Assembly: GCA_937915925.1 (NCBI GenBank)
Contig: CALGGM010000088.1
Location: 2,729 to 66,728, forward strand
From: an uncultured Clostridia bacterium
GTDB taxonomy: Bacteria; Bacillota; Clostridia; Christensenellales; CAG-138
Direction: 5' to 3'
Length of the DNA stretch: 64,000 bases
Part shown: in pieces, positions 7,347 to 18,135 of the stretch
Layout of the letters: the number at the start of each line of letters is the position of its first letter
Numbering within the stretch: the first letter of the stretch is position 1
The notes under the pieces: generated by a model
Seen by the model: only the letters and a program-made list of their open reading frames with translations
Told to the model about the DNA's origin: nothing
Database searches by the model: none
Made by a program: the position numbers and the translations under genes

Positions 7347-8285
7347 ATGAAAAAGTTATTACTGGTCATGAACCCATGTGCTGGGCAGCGGAAGGCCCGG
7401 AAGCATCTGGCAGATATCATTGATATTTTTAACCGAGCTGGATACATGGTAACAACACATATTACCGAACACTCCGGCGACGGCGAAGCGGCTGTTGAGC
7501 GTTACGCGCCTGAGATGGATTTGGTCGTATGTTGCGGCGGTGATGGGACCTTCAACGAAACGATATCTGGTGTTTTGAAAAGCGGAAAGGATATCCCCAT
7601 TGGCTATATCCCGGCTGGATCCACCAATGATTTTGCCGCAAGCTTGCGTTTGTCATCCGATATCCTGCAGGCAGCTCGGGATATTGTGGATGGAGAGACG
7701 ATGAATTTGGATGTAGGCTGCTTTGGCGGCAGATACTTTTCTTATGTAGCCTCATTTGGTGCCTTTACCAAAACAAGCTACGCCACACCACAGAATATGA
7801 AAAATGCGCTGGGCCACACCGCCTACATTTTAAGCGGTATCCAGGAGTTATCCCAGGTGAAAAAACACCATGTGCGGTTTGAATTGTCCGACGGTACAGT
7901 TGCCGAAGATGATTTTATATTTGGCGCCATCAGCAATTCCACAAGTGTGGGTGGAATCTTAACGCTTGCAGAAGATAAAGTAGACCTTTGTGACGGACGT
8001 TTTGAACTTCTATTGGTCCGCGCACCCAGGGATCTTGCTGAATTGGCCGAGTGTGTTCAGGCTCTGAAGCGGCAGACCTATGATTGTAGCATGCTTACCT
8101 TTATCAACACAGATCGGGTCATGATCAGCGCCCCGGAGGATATGGACTGGACACTTGATGGCGAGTGGGAGCAAGGCCATTCGTACATTGAAGCAGAATG
8201 CCTGCATCGTGCGGTGAAGGTGTGTGGAAAGGAATCTCGCAAAGCACGATATGGCCGAGGAATTGTTCCAATGCGCACAGCTTAG
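7347..8285 (+). CDS. Diacylglycerol-kinase-family lipid kinase (YegS/BmrU-like)
   Basis: MKKLLLVMNPCAG..., GGDGT and GSTNDFA motifs of the DAGK catalytic domain. ATG 7347 is preferred over the TTG at 7338. Confidence 0.9.
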   Translation: MKKLLLVMNPCAGQRKARKHLADIIDIFNRAGYMVTTHITEHSGDGEAAVERYAPEMDLVVCCGGDGTFNETISGVLKSGKDIPIGYIPAGSTNDFAASLRLSSDILQAARDIVDGETMNLDVGCFGGRYFSYVASFGAFTKTSYATPQNMKNALGHTAYILSGIQELSQVKKHHVRFELSDGTVAEDDFIFGAISNSTSVGGILTLAEDKVDLCDGRFELLLVRAPRDLAELAECVQALKRQTYDCSMLTFINTDRVMISAPEDMDWTLDGEWEQGHSYIEAECLHRAVKVCGKESRKARYGRGIVPMRTA

Positions 8286-8690
8286 CGCAGAATTGGACAA
8301 TCGAATGGATCGCCTTCGGAAGAGTGTGCGTGATAACGGTTCCGTTGATATCCAAGCAACTCCAAGTGGTTAAAAGTTCAAGTACACCAAAGAGGTAACG
8401 CCCATGCAGAATGTGCCAATGCTTGTCACGTCTCAATGAAAACTTGGGACAAGTTCATGAGGTTGGAAGATGTGCCAGCGAAGATCTGTATATATCTTGG
8501 GAGGAATCCGTCCGTGCTGCGATGGAACGATATCAGGTAGTAATTGACCGCTATAGATGCGGATACTACCCTCGAAATATCAAACCCATGGAAGGCTTTA
8601 TGAAACAAAACGGTGAGCTGATGGAAAGTCTGGCAAATCTGTCTGCGAAGCGAAAAAACTAAGTGTTGTAAAAACGAAAGGATCAGCCCC

Positions 8691-9449
8691 ATGAATAACC
8701 GTGCCTTTCCTGGTAAACGAGAGCCTATGTCTAAAATCAGAAAAGCTTATTTTGTCCGTCTGGTTGGACGATGCGTGGTTTTGGTACTATGCGCCCTGCT
8801 GTGTTTCTACCGACCGGGGGAATTTGAGATTCTATGGGGCATGAATTTCTTTGAGCGGTTTTCACCGTTGCATTTGCTATGGGGCCTTTGGATTCTTGAT
8901 ATGATCTACCAGTTGATTCCGGTAAGGAAGAAGATTGCCCTTGGCTCACTAAAGCTGTTTCGTCAGCACTTCAAACCCATTCGGGAGAAAATCAACTACC
9001 AGGCGCTGCGAAACTATATCGCATCGACTACCAAAGCTGCCTATAAAGTGTTTCTGCTCTGGAGTGCTCTCGGTGCCGTCATTGGAGTGCTGTACTATAC
9101 AGAAATACTTACACGAACAGCGCTGTTTATGATCACAGTATTTTTCTATGTGTGCGACCTGATCTGCGTTCTGATTTGGTGTCCGTTCCGCCTGCTGATG
9201 AAAAACCGCTGCTGTACGACCTGCCGCATATTTAACTGGGATCACTTGATGATGTTTACGCCCATGCTTTTTATTCCCAGTTTTTACTCATGGAGCCTAT
9301 TCATCCTGTCTTTTGTGGTTTGGTGTGTATGGGAACTCTGCGTACTTCTTTATCCGGAGCGTTTTTGGGAATTTTCCAACGATGCACTCAAATGCGTGAA
9401 CTGTATAGATAAGCTCTGTACGCAGTACTGCCAGAAACTTCGAAAGTAA
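8691..9449 (+). CDS. Cys-rich polytopic membrane protein, hypothetical
   Basis: 252-aa ORF with several hydrophobic helices and the Cys clusters CCTTCRIFNWDH and CVNCIDKLCTQYC. Confidence 0.7.
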   Translation: MNNRAFPGKREPMSKIRKAYFVRLVGRCVVLVLCALLCFYRPGEFEILWGMNFFERFSPLHLLWGLWILDMIYQLIPVRKKIALGSLKLFRQHFKPIREKINYQALRNYIASTTKAAYKVFLLWSALGAVIGVLYYTEILTRTALFMITVFFYVCDLICVLIWCPFRLLMKNRCCTTCRIFNWDHLMMFTPMLFIPSFYSWSLFILSFVVWCVWELCVLLYPERFWEFSNDALKCVNCIDKLCTQYCQKLRK

Positions 9450-9450
9450 A

Positions 9451-9768
9451 GCAATTACAGTTGCGCTCCATATATTTGTGGTGCTCGCGGCGCTGGATTC
9501 CATCGGTGTCTCTACCAGCAGTATGGTCGCTGGACTCTCGGCAGCGGTGGTTGCCGTAGGTGTAGCGCTGGAGGATTCATTGGGTAATATCGCAGGTGGT
9601 ATCCTGCTGCTGTTTTCGCCTCGATTTTCCACTGGAGATTACATCGCCGCTGGCGGTGACGAAGGAACTGTCATTTCCATCGAGTTGCTGCACACAAATG
9701 GAAGTCTACGAGAGCCATGTACATTCTCTCACGACTGGTGGCCGGTTTCAATCCGGCCTTTCTTTTGA
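9451..9768 (+). pseudogene. Internal fragment of a mechanosensitive channel (MscS family) gene
   Basis: The frame reads ..LDSIGVSTSSMVAGLSAAVVAVGVALEDSLGNIAGGILLLFSPRFSTGDYIAAGGDEGTVISIELLHT.., the TM3/beta-domain core of MscS. The N-terminal TMs and C-terminal domain are missing, and the frame decays after ~9700. Confidence 0.55.
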
Positions 9769-9779
9769 CGCTCACTTTC

Positions 9780-9815
9780 GTAGTTTCGTTTCAGTTTAGA
9801 AAGCTACTTTATAGT
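9780..9815 (+). promoter_or_regulatory. Shared promoter element copy 2: TAGTTTCGTTTCA-GTTTAGA-N9-TATAGT
   Basis: Same architecture as copy 1, upstream of ftsH. Confidence 0.6.
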
Positions 9816-9846
9816 GTACTCATCAACCTGATAAAGGTGGTCAATT

Positions 9847-11667
9847 ATGAACGAAGTCAAAAAGCCTCAGAAACCCCTGTTTTATTTCTATGGCGTTGTC
9901 CTTCTGCTCATCATTCTTTTCAACACACTGGTACTCCCCATGTTTGCGCGGATGCAAGTTAAGGAAGTCGATTACGGTACATTTATGACTATGGCCGAGA
10001 ATCAGGAAATCGGTCGTGTGGAGGTACAGGATAATCAAATCGTCTTTACAGACAAGGAAGATAAGCAGATTTACAAAACCGGTGTAATGAATGATCCCGG
10101 TCTTGTGGAACGACTGAAAGAATCCGGTGCAGTTTTCAGTCAGGAGATCGTGGAGGAAATGTCTCCGCTGCTCAGTTTCTTCCTGACATGGATCCTGCCT
10201 ATGCTGATCTTTGTTGGCATTGGTCAAATCATGTCCAAGAAGATGATGGACAAAGCTGGCGGTGGTGCCGGTGCCATGTCCTTCAATATGGGAAAATCCA
10301 ACGCCAAGGTTTATGTCAAATCCTCTGACGGCATCAGCTTTGCCGATGTAGAGGGCGTAGACGAGGCCGAAGAAAGCCTCGCAGAAATCGTGGATTATCT
10401 GCATGACCCCAGCAAATACAAGGAAATCGGTGCGACCATGCCCAAGGGTGTGCTGCTGGTGGGCCCTCCGGGCACCGGTAAAACCATGCTGGCCAAGGCA
10501 GTCGCCGGTGAAGCCAATGTCCCGTTCTTCTCCATCTCCGGCTCTGAGTTCGTGGAGATGTTCGTAGGCATGGGAGCATCCAAAGTCCGAGATTTGTTCA
10601 AGCAGGCCAAGGAAAAGGCACCTTGTATCGTGTTCATTGACGAGATCGACGCCATCGGTCAGAAGCGTAATACCGGCGGCGGTATGGGCGGCAATGATGA
10701 ACGTGAGCAGACTTTGAACCAGCTGCTGACCGAAATGGACGGCTTTGAGGGCAATTCCGGCGTTATGATTCTGGCTGCTACCAACCGTCCCGAATCCCTT
10801 GACCCTGCTCTGACCCGTCCCGGTCGTTTTGACCGCCGCGTTCCTGTGGAACTGCCTGACCTGGAGGGTCGCGAAAAGATCCTGAAGGTCCATTCCAAGA
10901 AGGTTAAGATTGCAGAAGATGTGGACTTCAAACAGGTGGCAAGAATGGCCTCTGGCGCCAGCGGCGCGGAGCTTGCCAATATCATCAATGAAGCAGCTCT
11001 CCGTGCTGTTCGCGACGGCAGAAAGTTTGCCACGCAGTCTGATTTGGAAGAGTCCATTGAAGTTGTCATTGCAGGCTATCAGAAGAAGAACGCCATTCTG
11101 ACCGACAAGGAAAAACGCATCGTTGCTTACCATGAGATCGGTCATGCGCTGGTGGCTGCCATGCAGACCCACTCTGCTCCCGTGCAGAAAATCACTATTA
11201 TTCCCCGAACTTCCGGTGCTCTGGGCTATACCATGCAGGTGGATGAGGGCAACCACTACCTTATGAGCAAGGAAGAAATCGAAAACAAAATCGCTACCTA
11301 TACCGGTGGCCGAGCTGCCGAGGAGATTGCTTTTGGCTCTATTACCACAGGCGCATCCAACGACATTGAACAGGCCACCAAGCTGGCCCGCGCCATGATC
11401 GCTCGTTACGGCATGAGCAAGGAGTTCGACATGGTCGCCATGGAAACCGTGACGAACCAGTATCTGGGTGGCGATGCTTCTCTGGCCTGCAGCGTTGAGA
11501 CCCAGACTAAGATCGACGAACTGGTGGTTGAGGTGGTAAAGAAGCAGCACGACAAGGCTGCCCAGATCCTAATGGAAAACCGGGAAAAGCTGGATCAGCT
11601 CTCTCAGTACCTTTATGACCATGAAACCATCACCGGCGACGAATTCATGCGGATTCTCAACAGATAA
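9847..11667 (+). CDS. ftsH: ATP-dependent zinc metalloprotease FtsH
   Basis: Two N-terminal TM segments, Walker A GPPGTGKT, Walker B IVFIDEID, an SRH region and the zinc site HEIGHA. Confidence 0.97.
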   Translation: MNEVKKPQKPLFYFYGVVLLLIILFNTLVLPMFARMQVKEVDYGTFMTMAENQEIGRVEVQDNQIVFTDKEDKQIYKTGVMNDPGLVERLKESGAVFSQEIVEEMSPLLSFFLTWILPMLIFVGIGQIMSKKMMDKAGGGAGAMSFNMGKSNAKVYVKSSDGISFADVEGVDEAEESLAEIVDYLHDPSKYKEIGATMPKGVLLVGPPGTGKTMLAKAVAGEANVPFFSISGSEFVEMFVGMGASKVRDLFKQAKEKAPCIVFIDEIDAIGQKRNTGGGMGGNDEREQTLNQLLTEMDGFEGNSGVMILAATNRPESLDPALTRPGRFDRRVPVELPDLEGREKILKVHSKKVKIAEDVDFKQVARMASGASGAELANIINEAALRAVRDGRKFATQSDLEESIEVVIAGYQKKNAILTDKEKRIVAYHEIGHALVAAMQTHSAPVQKITIIPRTSGALGYTMQVDEGNHYLMSKEEIENKIATYTGGRAAEEIAFGSITTGASNDIEQATKLARAMIARYGMSKEFDMVAMETVTNQYLGGDASLACSVETQTKIDELVVEVVKKQHDKAAQILMENREKLDQLSQYLYDHETITGDEFMRILNR

Positions 11668-11709
11668 AAGCCTCCATAAACGCAGTTGTCTCCCCCTAAG
11701 AAAGGTTGA

Positions 11710-11913
11710 ACTGTTAGTGTCAACAGTTCTCAATGGTTTGGTAAGCTGACAACCGTCATGCTGTACGCCGTTATGATGATTTTGATTTTGTTCCCCAGAA
11801 TCCCTCTGTGGGCAGCAAATACGCTGATCGTCATGTGCGGCATTACCATGCTTTTGTCCTTTGGTGGTTATGCAAGTTTTTACTATGGCCTGCTTTCCCA
11901 CAAGCGCACATGA
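11710..11913 (+). pseudogene. 3' remnant of a CDP-alcohol phosphatidyltransferase (PgsA-like) gene
   Basis: The open frame ..SSQWFGKLTTVMLYAVMMILILF...GITMLLSFGGYASFYYGLLSHKRT* resembles the last two helices of PgsA (GKxKT..Q). The DG..AR..G..D..D motif region is absent because ftsH ends at 11667. Confidence 0.45.
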
Positions 11914-11972
11914 TATATTTGTTCCTTAACGACAGCAGATTCATGCTCGTTTGAGCTTTTGGAGTACCCTTT

Positions 11973-14900
11973 ATGCATGAGTTCCGTGCCGGTATTGACA
12001 TTGGTTCCACAACGGTCAAGCTGGCTGTATTGAATGAAAACGACGAAATTATATATGGGGAATATCGCCGCCACCATGCACAGACCCAACAAACCATGGC
12101 AGAGCTTCTGAAAAGCTTTCGCAAGCGGGTCGGTAGCTGTAATTTGCGTTGCAGGATCACCGGCTCCGGCTCCATCAATCTGGGCAAGGCTATAAATATC
12201 GGCTTTGTGCAGGAGGTTGTCGCGGTTGCTACTGCGTTACAGAAGGTTGCGCCGCAGACAGACGTTGCCATTGAGCTGGGCGGAGAAGATGCCAAAATCA
12301 TATATTTCAAGGGCGGTCTTGAAGAACGTATGAACGGCGTCTGTGCAGGCGGTACAGGCTCCTTTATCGACCAGATGGCAAGTCTGCTCCAGATCGATGC
12401 GGCCGGTCTGAATGCCGAAGCCGCGAACTACCAACAGATCTATCCCATTGCCGCGCGATGCGGTGTGTTTGCTAAAACCGATATTCAGCCCCTGATCAAC
12501 GAAGGCGCAACCAGAGCAGATCTTGCAGCCTCCATTTTTCAGGCAGTGGTAAACCAGACGATCTCCGGCCTTGCCTGTGGCAAACCCATTCGTGGAACAG
12601 TCGCGTTTTTAGGCGGGCCACTTCACTTTTTGCCGGAGCTGAAAAAGGCTTTTATCCGCACATTAAACCTGACTCCGGAGCATACGGTAGATCCCCAAAA
12701 CTCCCACCTCTTTGCCGCATTGGGTGCCGCATTGGAAGGTGGAGAGGCGGAAGCGGTAGGTATTGACGATTTGATCCTTCGTTTGGAAAACGGTGTAAAG
12801 GTATCTTTTGAGATGCCCCGGCTTCCTGCACTGTTTGAAAACCGGAACGAATATGCCGACTTCTGTGAACGGCACAAGGGCGCAATCGTTCCCAAAGGTG
12901 CGCTGGCAGAATACAAGGGAAATTGCTTCCTTGGAATTGATGCTGGTTCAACTACTACAAAAATGGCGCTTATCGGTGAAAATGGGCAGCTTCTTCATGC
13001 CTTCTATGCCAACAACCAGGGCAATCCGATTAAAACGGCGATGGAAGCCATAGAGGAACTGCGGAAACTGCTGCCGTCCGGGGCGCAGATCGTCCGTTCC
13101 TGTTCCACTGGTTATGGGGAAGCACTTCTGAAATCTGCCTTTTCCTTGGATGAAGGTGAAGTGGAGACGGTTGCCCACTGCACCGCCGCATCCTTCTTTG
13201 ACCCGCAAGTAGACTGTGTGCTGGATATTGGCGGACAGGACATGAAGTGCATCAAGCTGAGAAACGGCTGTGTGGACACCGTGCTTCTGAACGAAGCCTG
13301 CTCCTCCGGCTGCGGCAGTTTCCTTGAAAACTTTGCAAACTCCTTGGGTTACTCTGCAGAAGACTTTGCCCATGAAGCACTGTATGCACCATCCCCGGTA
13401 GATTTGGGAACACGCTGCACGGTCTTTATGAACTCCAATGTGAAGCAGGCGCAAAAGGAAGGGGCCTCTGTTGCCGATATTTCTGCAGGATTGGCCTACT
13501 CCGTGATCAAGAATGCCCTGTATAAGGTCATTAAGCTGACAAGCGCATCGGAGCTCGGAAAACATATCGTTGTTCAGGGCGGCACCTTTTACAATCAAGC
13601 TGTGCTGCGCGCATTTGAGAAGATAGCCGGTGTGGATGTGATCTGTCCCGATATTTCCGGTATCATGGGCGCGTTTGGTGCGGCGCTGATTGCAAAGGAG
13701 CGCTACCATGGGCAGACCACGCAGATGCTCTCTCTGGAGGAAATCGGTCAGCTGACATACACCACCAAAACCACCCGCTGTGGTGGCTGCTCCAACAACT
13801 GTATGCTCACGGTGAATCAGTTCCCCAACGGGAAACGGCATATCACCGGAAATCGGTGCGAAAAGGCTGTTGGCGGAGATCCAACTCTGCGAAAGGGCGA
13901 GAATCTGGTGGAGTATAAGCGCCAGCGGATTTTCAATTATCCTCCCCTCGAAAATGCGCCCAGAGGAACGATTGGTATTCCGAGAGTGCTGAATATCTAT
14001 GAGAACTATCCCTTCTGGGCGACGTTCTTTGAAAAGCTGGGATTCCGCGTGGAGCTTTCTCCGTTTTCTGACCGAAAAATCTACGAATTGGGAATGGAGT
14101 CCATCCCATCGGAGTCGGAGTGTTATCCGGCAAAGCTGGCACACGGTCATGTTCAGTGGCTTGTCAATCAGGGGATCAAAACCATCTTTCACCCCTGTGT
14201 GTTTTATGAGCATCAGGAAATGCCAAGTGCGCAAAACCACTATAATTGCCCCATTGTGGTCTCCTATGCGGAAAACCTGAAAAATAATGTGGAAGCAGTG
14301 GCAGACGGTGATGTGCGCTATATCCGCCCCTTTATGGCCTTTACCGACGAAAAAACAGTTTCTGACCGTTTGACGAAACTGTGCTGGGACGAATGGGCAA
14401 TCGATGATCAGACCGTTCGCAGCGCTGTCCATGCCGCATGGGAGGAGCAGCGCAAGGCAAAAGAGGATATTCGCAGAAAGGGCGCGGAAGCCCTTGCGGA
14501 AATGGAATGCAGAGAACAGAAGGGCATTGTTCTGGCAGGAAGACCCTACCACATTGACCCGGAGATCAATCACGGCATCCCGGAGCTGATTGCATCCTAC
14601 GGCCTGTATGTCTTTACCGAGGACAGCCTGCCTTTTGATGAAAACCCCGCCCGTCCGCTGCGGGTGTTGGATCAGTGGGTGTACCACTCCCGTCTTTACA
14701 ACGCGGCGGAATATGTCTGCTGGCGGGATGATCTGGAACTTGTGCAGCTCAACTCCTTTGGCTGCGGTCTGGATGCCGTAACCACCGATCAGGTTGCGGA
14801 AATTTTGGAAAACGCCAATAAACTGTACACCCTTCTGAAAATTGACGAGGTCAATAATCTTGGTGCTGTCCGTATTCGCATCCGCAGTCTGCTGGCTGCT

Positions 14901-16199
14901 ATGAAAATGCGGCAGGAACAGGAGATCCTTCCTTACCCCAGTGTGTCCGGATACCACAGAACTGAATTCACCCGTGAAATGTTCCGGAATGGGTACACTA
15001 TCCTGGCACCGCAGATGAGTCCCATCCACTTTGATATTCTGGAACCGGTATTCCGGAAATATGGCTTCAACATTGAGGTTCTGGACAACGATAACCGTGC
15101 GGCTATCGATATGGGATTAAAATTCGTCAACAACGATGCCTGTTTCCCGTCCATCACCGTGGTGGGACAGATCATGGACGCGGTGCTGTCCGGTCGCTAT
15201 GATACCAATCGACTTGCCATCATCATGACACAGACCGGAGGCTGCTGCCGTGCGAGCAACTATGTGGGATTTATCCGCAGAGCGCTGGACAAAGTGAACC
15301 TGTCCCACATCCCTGTGATCTCTTTGAGCGTGCAAGGGCTGGAAAAGAACAGTGGTCTCAGGATTCCACCGAAGCTGCTGTTGAAAGCGGCCCAGGGCGT
15401 TGTCTATGGTGATCTGTTCATGCGCTGCCTCTACCGTGTGCGTCCGTATGAAGTGACACCGGGATCAGCCAACGCACTGCACCAGAAATGGAAAGATATT
15501 TGTATAGATGCCCTGACTAACGACTGCACAACACATACATACAAAAAGGTCTGTCACGGTATTGTAGAAGCCTTTGATCAGTTCCCCATCCGTGAGGATG
15601 TGGTAAAGCCGCGTGTCGGTGTTGTCGGTGAGATTTTAGTCAAGTATATGCCGCTGGCAAACAATCATCTTGTGGATCTTTTGGAGCGTGAAGGCGCTGA
15701 AGCCGTTGTGCCTGATCTGATGGATTTCATGAACTACAGCATCTATAACGGAGATTACAAGCACAAATATCTCGGCCTCGACTGGACGGCATCCGCAAAG
15801 GCCAATGCAGGCATCAGAGCGATCCGCGCATTGAGAAAGCCTGCGATTGATGCATTGGAAAGCAGCCACCGATTTGAAGCACCTATGCCCATCGAACAAG
15901 TTGCGGAGTTGGCCAAGCCGATCCTCTCTCTGGGGAATCAGTACGGCGAGGGATGGTTCCTTACCGGTGAAATGGTGGAGCTGCTCACCACAGGAACACC
16001 AAACATCGTGTGTATTCAGCCCTTTGCCTGCCTTCCAAACCATGTGGTCGGCAAGGGTGCGATCAAGCAACTGAAAAAGATGTATCCCTGGGCCAATATT
16101 GCCGCGGTGGATTATGACCCCGGAGCCAGTGAGGTCAACCAGCTCAATCGAATTAAGCTCATGCTGTCACAGGCAAAGAAAACCTGTCAGCAGCCCTGA
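11973..16199 (+). CDS. Fusion of two BadF/BadG/BcrA/BcrD-type ATPase domains with 2-hydroxyacyl-CoA-dehydratase-like domains (acyl-CoA dehydratase activase-related; PlsA/PlsR-like candidate)
   Basis: 1408 aa. It has two GIDxGSTTxK actin-fold ATPase modules (aa ~5 and ~320), followed by Cys-containing dehydratase-family regions. This is the family architecture of the ~1400-aa clostridial proteins. Confidence 0.9.
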   Translation: MHEFRAGIDIGSTTVKLAVLNENDEIIYGEYRRHHAQTQQTMAELLKSFRKRVGSCNLRCRITGSGSINLGKAINIGFVQEVVAVATALQKVAPQTDVAIELGGEDAKIIYFKGGLEERMNGVCAGGTGSFIDQMASLLQIDAAGLNAEAANYQQIYPIAARCGVFAKTDIQPLINEGATRADLAASIFQAVVNQTISGLACGKPIRGTVAFLGGPLHFLPELKKAFIRTLNLTPEHTVDPQNSHLFAALGAALEGGEAEAVGIDDLILRLENGVKVSFEMPRLPALFENRNEYADFCERHKGAIVPKGALAEYKGNCFLGIDAGSTTTKMALIGENGQLLHAFYANNQGNPIKTAMEAIEELRKLLPSGAQIVRSCSTGYGEALLKSAFSLDEGEVETVAHCTAASFFDPQVDCVLDIGGQDMKCIKLRNGCVDTVLLNEACSSGCGSFLENFANSLGYSAEDFAHEALYAPSPVDLGTRCTVFMNSNVKQAQKEGASVADISAGLAYSVIKNALYKVIKLTSASELGKHIVVQGGTFYNQAVLRAFEKIAGVDVICPDISGIMGAFGAALIAKERYHGQTTQMLSLEEIGQLTYTTKTTRCGGCSNNCMLTVNQFPNGKRHITGNRCEKAVGGDPTLRKGENLVEYKRQRIFNYPPLENAPRGTIGIPRVLNIYENYPFWATFFEKLGFRVELSPFSDRKIYELGMESIPSESECYPAKLAHGHVQWLVNQGIKTIFHPCVFYEHQEMPSAQNHYNCPIVVSYAENLKNNVEAVADGDVRYIRPFMAFTDEKTVSDRLTKLCWDEWAIDDQTVRSAVHAAWEEQRKAKEDIRRKGAEALAEMECREQKGIVLAGRPYHIDPEINHGIPELIASYGLYVFTEDSLPFDENPARPLRVLDQWVYHSRLYNAAEYVCWRDDLELVQLNSFGCGLDAVTTDQVAEILENANKLYTLLKIDEVNNLGAVRIRIRSLLAAMKMRQEQEILPYPSVSGYHRTEFTREMFRNGYTILAPQMSPIHFDILEPVFRKYGFNIEVLDNDNRAAIDMGLKFVNNDACFPSITVVGQIMDAVLSGRYDTNRLAIIMTQTGGCCRASNYVGFIRRALDKVNLSHIPVISLSVQGLEKNSGLRIPPKLLLKAAQGVVYGDLFMRCLYRVRPYEVTPGSANALHQKWKDICIDALTNDCTTHTYKKVCHGIVEAFDQFPIREDVVKPRVGVVGEILVKYMPLANNHLVDLLEREGAEAVVPDLMDFMNYSIYNGDYKHKYLGLDWTASAKANAGIRAIRALRKPAIDALESSHRFEAPMPIEQVAELAKPILSLGNQYGEGWFLTGEMVELLTTGTPNIVCIQPFACLPNHVVGKGAIKQLKKMYPWANIAAVDYDPGASEVNQLNRIKLMLSQAKKTCQQP

Positions 16200-16231
16200 A
16201 GGATTGGAGTGCTATGGATAAAAACCTGAAA

Positions 16232-16411
16232 TGACGACCATTGCTGCCCGTGGTGCATACTCCCGGCAGGAGAAGACCATGGTTTACTTCGTCCTGAACC
16301 GCTTTCAGGTAACAAGAATGCGAGAAATCGTCCATGCGATTGATCCGCTGGCGTACATTACGATTAGCGAAGTGGCGGATGTTTTTCCGGCGAATAAAGA
16401 TAAAAGTTAAG
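16232..16411 (+). pseudogene. Fragment equivalent to the C-terminal DUF2179 domain of a YitT-family membrane protein
   Basis: 59 codons: MTTIAARGAYSRQEKTMVYFVLNRFQVTRMREIVHAIDPLAYITISEVADVF... The membrane part is missing. A stand-alone small protein cannot be excluded. Confidence 0.4.
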
Positions 16412-16462
16412 CATACACCCCCAGCCATCGCGATGCGATGAAAACGAGAAAGGAAGTCAAAA

Positions 16463-16702
16463 TTGTTAGAACTAAGAAACGTCAAAAAGGAATACCCCGC
16501 CGGCGATACTGTTGTCCATGCACTGAAAGGTATTGATCTCCAGTTCCGCAAAAGTGAGTTTGTGTCTATTTTGGGACCTTCCGGATGCGGTAAAACCACC
16601 ATGTTGAACATTATCGGCGGTCTGGATCAGTACACCAGTGGTGACCTGATTATCAATGGTGTTTCCACCAAGCACTTTAAGGACCGTGACTGGGACAGCT
16701 AG
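16463..16702 (+). pseudogene. N-terminal 79 codons of an ABC-transporter ATPase (MacB/FtsE-like), truncated
   Basis: Walker A GPSGCGKTT is present. The ORF stops (TAG) before the Q-loop, signature and Walker B, and downstream sequence switches to an unrelated hydrophobic frame. Confidence 0.6.
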
Positions 16703-17019
16703 GACAATAAAGAGCATAGAATACGTTTTGCATTTTCAGATATCAAACGATCAATCATCAGCAAGACCTTCCTGTTTGCAGCAGGAGGGGTCTTGCTGTG
16801 TCTGATAATTGCATCATTCCCTGATCTATATGATATGTTCTTTTCTGAAACGCAGTATCGTCCCATGGGGGTTCATGAGGAATTGCTGCTGAAAGCTTTA
16901 TCAAGCGAATCCGTAAAAACGCTCCGCGACTTATAAATCTACTGAAAGTCGAACTACATCGTGAATATGAGCGTAAACATCCGGTGAAGGAACAGCATCC
17001 GCAACGCACACACAGAAAC

Positions 17020-17048
17020 GAGCCGGAACGGTAATCCCGTTTCGGCTC
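17020..17048 (+). terminator. 12-bp stem-loop GAGCCGGAACGG/CCGTTTCGGCTC followed by ATTATT
   Basis: Inverted repeat read directly, located in the remnant-rich stretch 16.2-17.35 kb. Confidence 0.45.
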
Positions 17049-17378
17049 ATTATTGGTGTATTAGCATCAAAAACGCATTGCGCTGTTTCGGCTTGTGAAT
17101 AGTCCGGGAGTCTTTGTTAATTCGTAATCATTGAGATATTACATGCCTGTGACAATTCACGTAATATGCCGGATAACTTAATGGCTTCGGCAACATGCGA
17201 AATGATTGACGGCGATAGAGTGGAATGATATACTAATAATATATCAGTTTAGAGATATGTTTAAACCTCAACCGTCCTACCAGTCTTCCATGACTCGATA
17301 ACGGCAAGCAGGTAGAGACCAATGAAGTGCTAACAATAGTTAGGGTTGTGTTTTGACCCCCTATTGCAGGCCCCAATG

Positions 17379-17414
17379 TATGTTTCTTTTGAGTTTAGAA
17401 ACGAACGATATAAT
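17379..17414 (+). promoter_or_regulatory. Shared promoter element copy 3: TATGTTTCTTTTGA-GTTTAGA-N9-TATAAT
   Basis: Same spacing as the other copies, upstream of the response regulator gene. Confidence 0.6.
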
Positions 17415-17460
17415 ATGGACTTGCAAGGGTTCATGCCGCGAGGTTCGGAGGAGGATCGAC

Positions 17461-18135
17461 ATGTTTCATATTTTGGTTGTTGACGACGATAAAAACACGC
17501 GAAGGTATCTACAAGCGGTGCTGGAAGCGGAAAACTACACCGTGTCGACCGCCGCAAATGGCGAGGATGCGCTTGCTGTCATGGACCAGGCGTATATCGA
17601 TCTTGTCGTTTTGGATATCATGATGCCGAACATGGATGGGTATGCGTTCACGGAGATTCTTCGGAAATCGAATAGCGAGCTCCCTGTTTTGATGGTATCC
17701 GCCAAACAGCTTCCGGCGGATCGTCACAAAGGGTTCCTTGTCGGGACTGACGATTATATGACCAAGCCAATCGATGAGACGGAACTGCTGCTGCGCATCA
17801 AAGCACTGCTGCGCAGGGCGAAAATCGCAAGCGAACGAAAAATCGAAATCGGCGATGTAACGCTTGATTACGACAGCATGACTGTTACCAAAGGAAACGA
17901 GACGCAGATGCTTCCGCAAAAAGAGTTTCTTCTGCTGTATAAGCTGCTGTCCTATCCGGGAAAAATTTTTACAAGGATTCAGCTAATGGATGAAATCTGG
18001 GGCACGGAGAGTAACACCGGATGGGAAACCGTGACGGTTCATATTGGACGGCTCCGCAAGCGCTTTGAAGGATGGTCGGAATTTGAGATCGAGTCGGTCC
18101 GAGGACTCGGATACAAGGCGGTGAAGAAGGTATGA
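17461..18135 (+). CDS. OmpR-family response regulator
   Basis: Start MFHILVVDDD with SD GGAGGAGG. It has a receiver domain (DLVVLDIMMP) and a winged-helix output (GYKAV). The track start at 17353 is rejected. Confidence 0.93.
   Translation: MFHILVVDDDKNTRRYLQAVLEAENYTVSTAANGEDALAVMDQAYIDLVVLDIMMPNMDGYAFTEILRKSNSELPVLMVSAKQLPADRHKGFLVGTDDYMTKPIDETELLLRIKALLRRAKIASERKIEIGDVTLDYDSMTVTKGNETQMLPQKEFLLLYKLLSYPGKIFTRIQLMDEIWGTESNTGWETVTVHIGRLRKRFEGWSEFEIESVRGLGYKAVKKV

Noticed and set aside
8411-8662. 83-aa ORF between the lipid kinase and the membrane protein gene
   Set aside because: It has no SD and no recognisable motif, and adjacent frames look like pieces of a decayed gene. It is left unannotated and mentioned under the remnant finding.
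9841-11550. 569-aa minus-strand ORF
   Set aside because: It is antisense to the unambiguous ftsH gene, has low-complexity composition and carries no recognisable motifs. It is a shadow ORF.
12948-15029. 693-aa minus-strand ORF
   Set aside because: It is antisense to the 1408-aa BcrAD/HAD-family gene. It is a shadow ORF.
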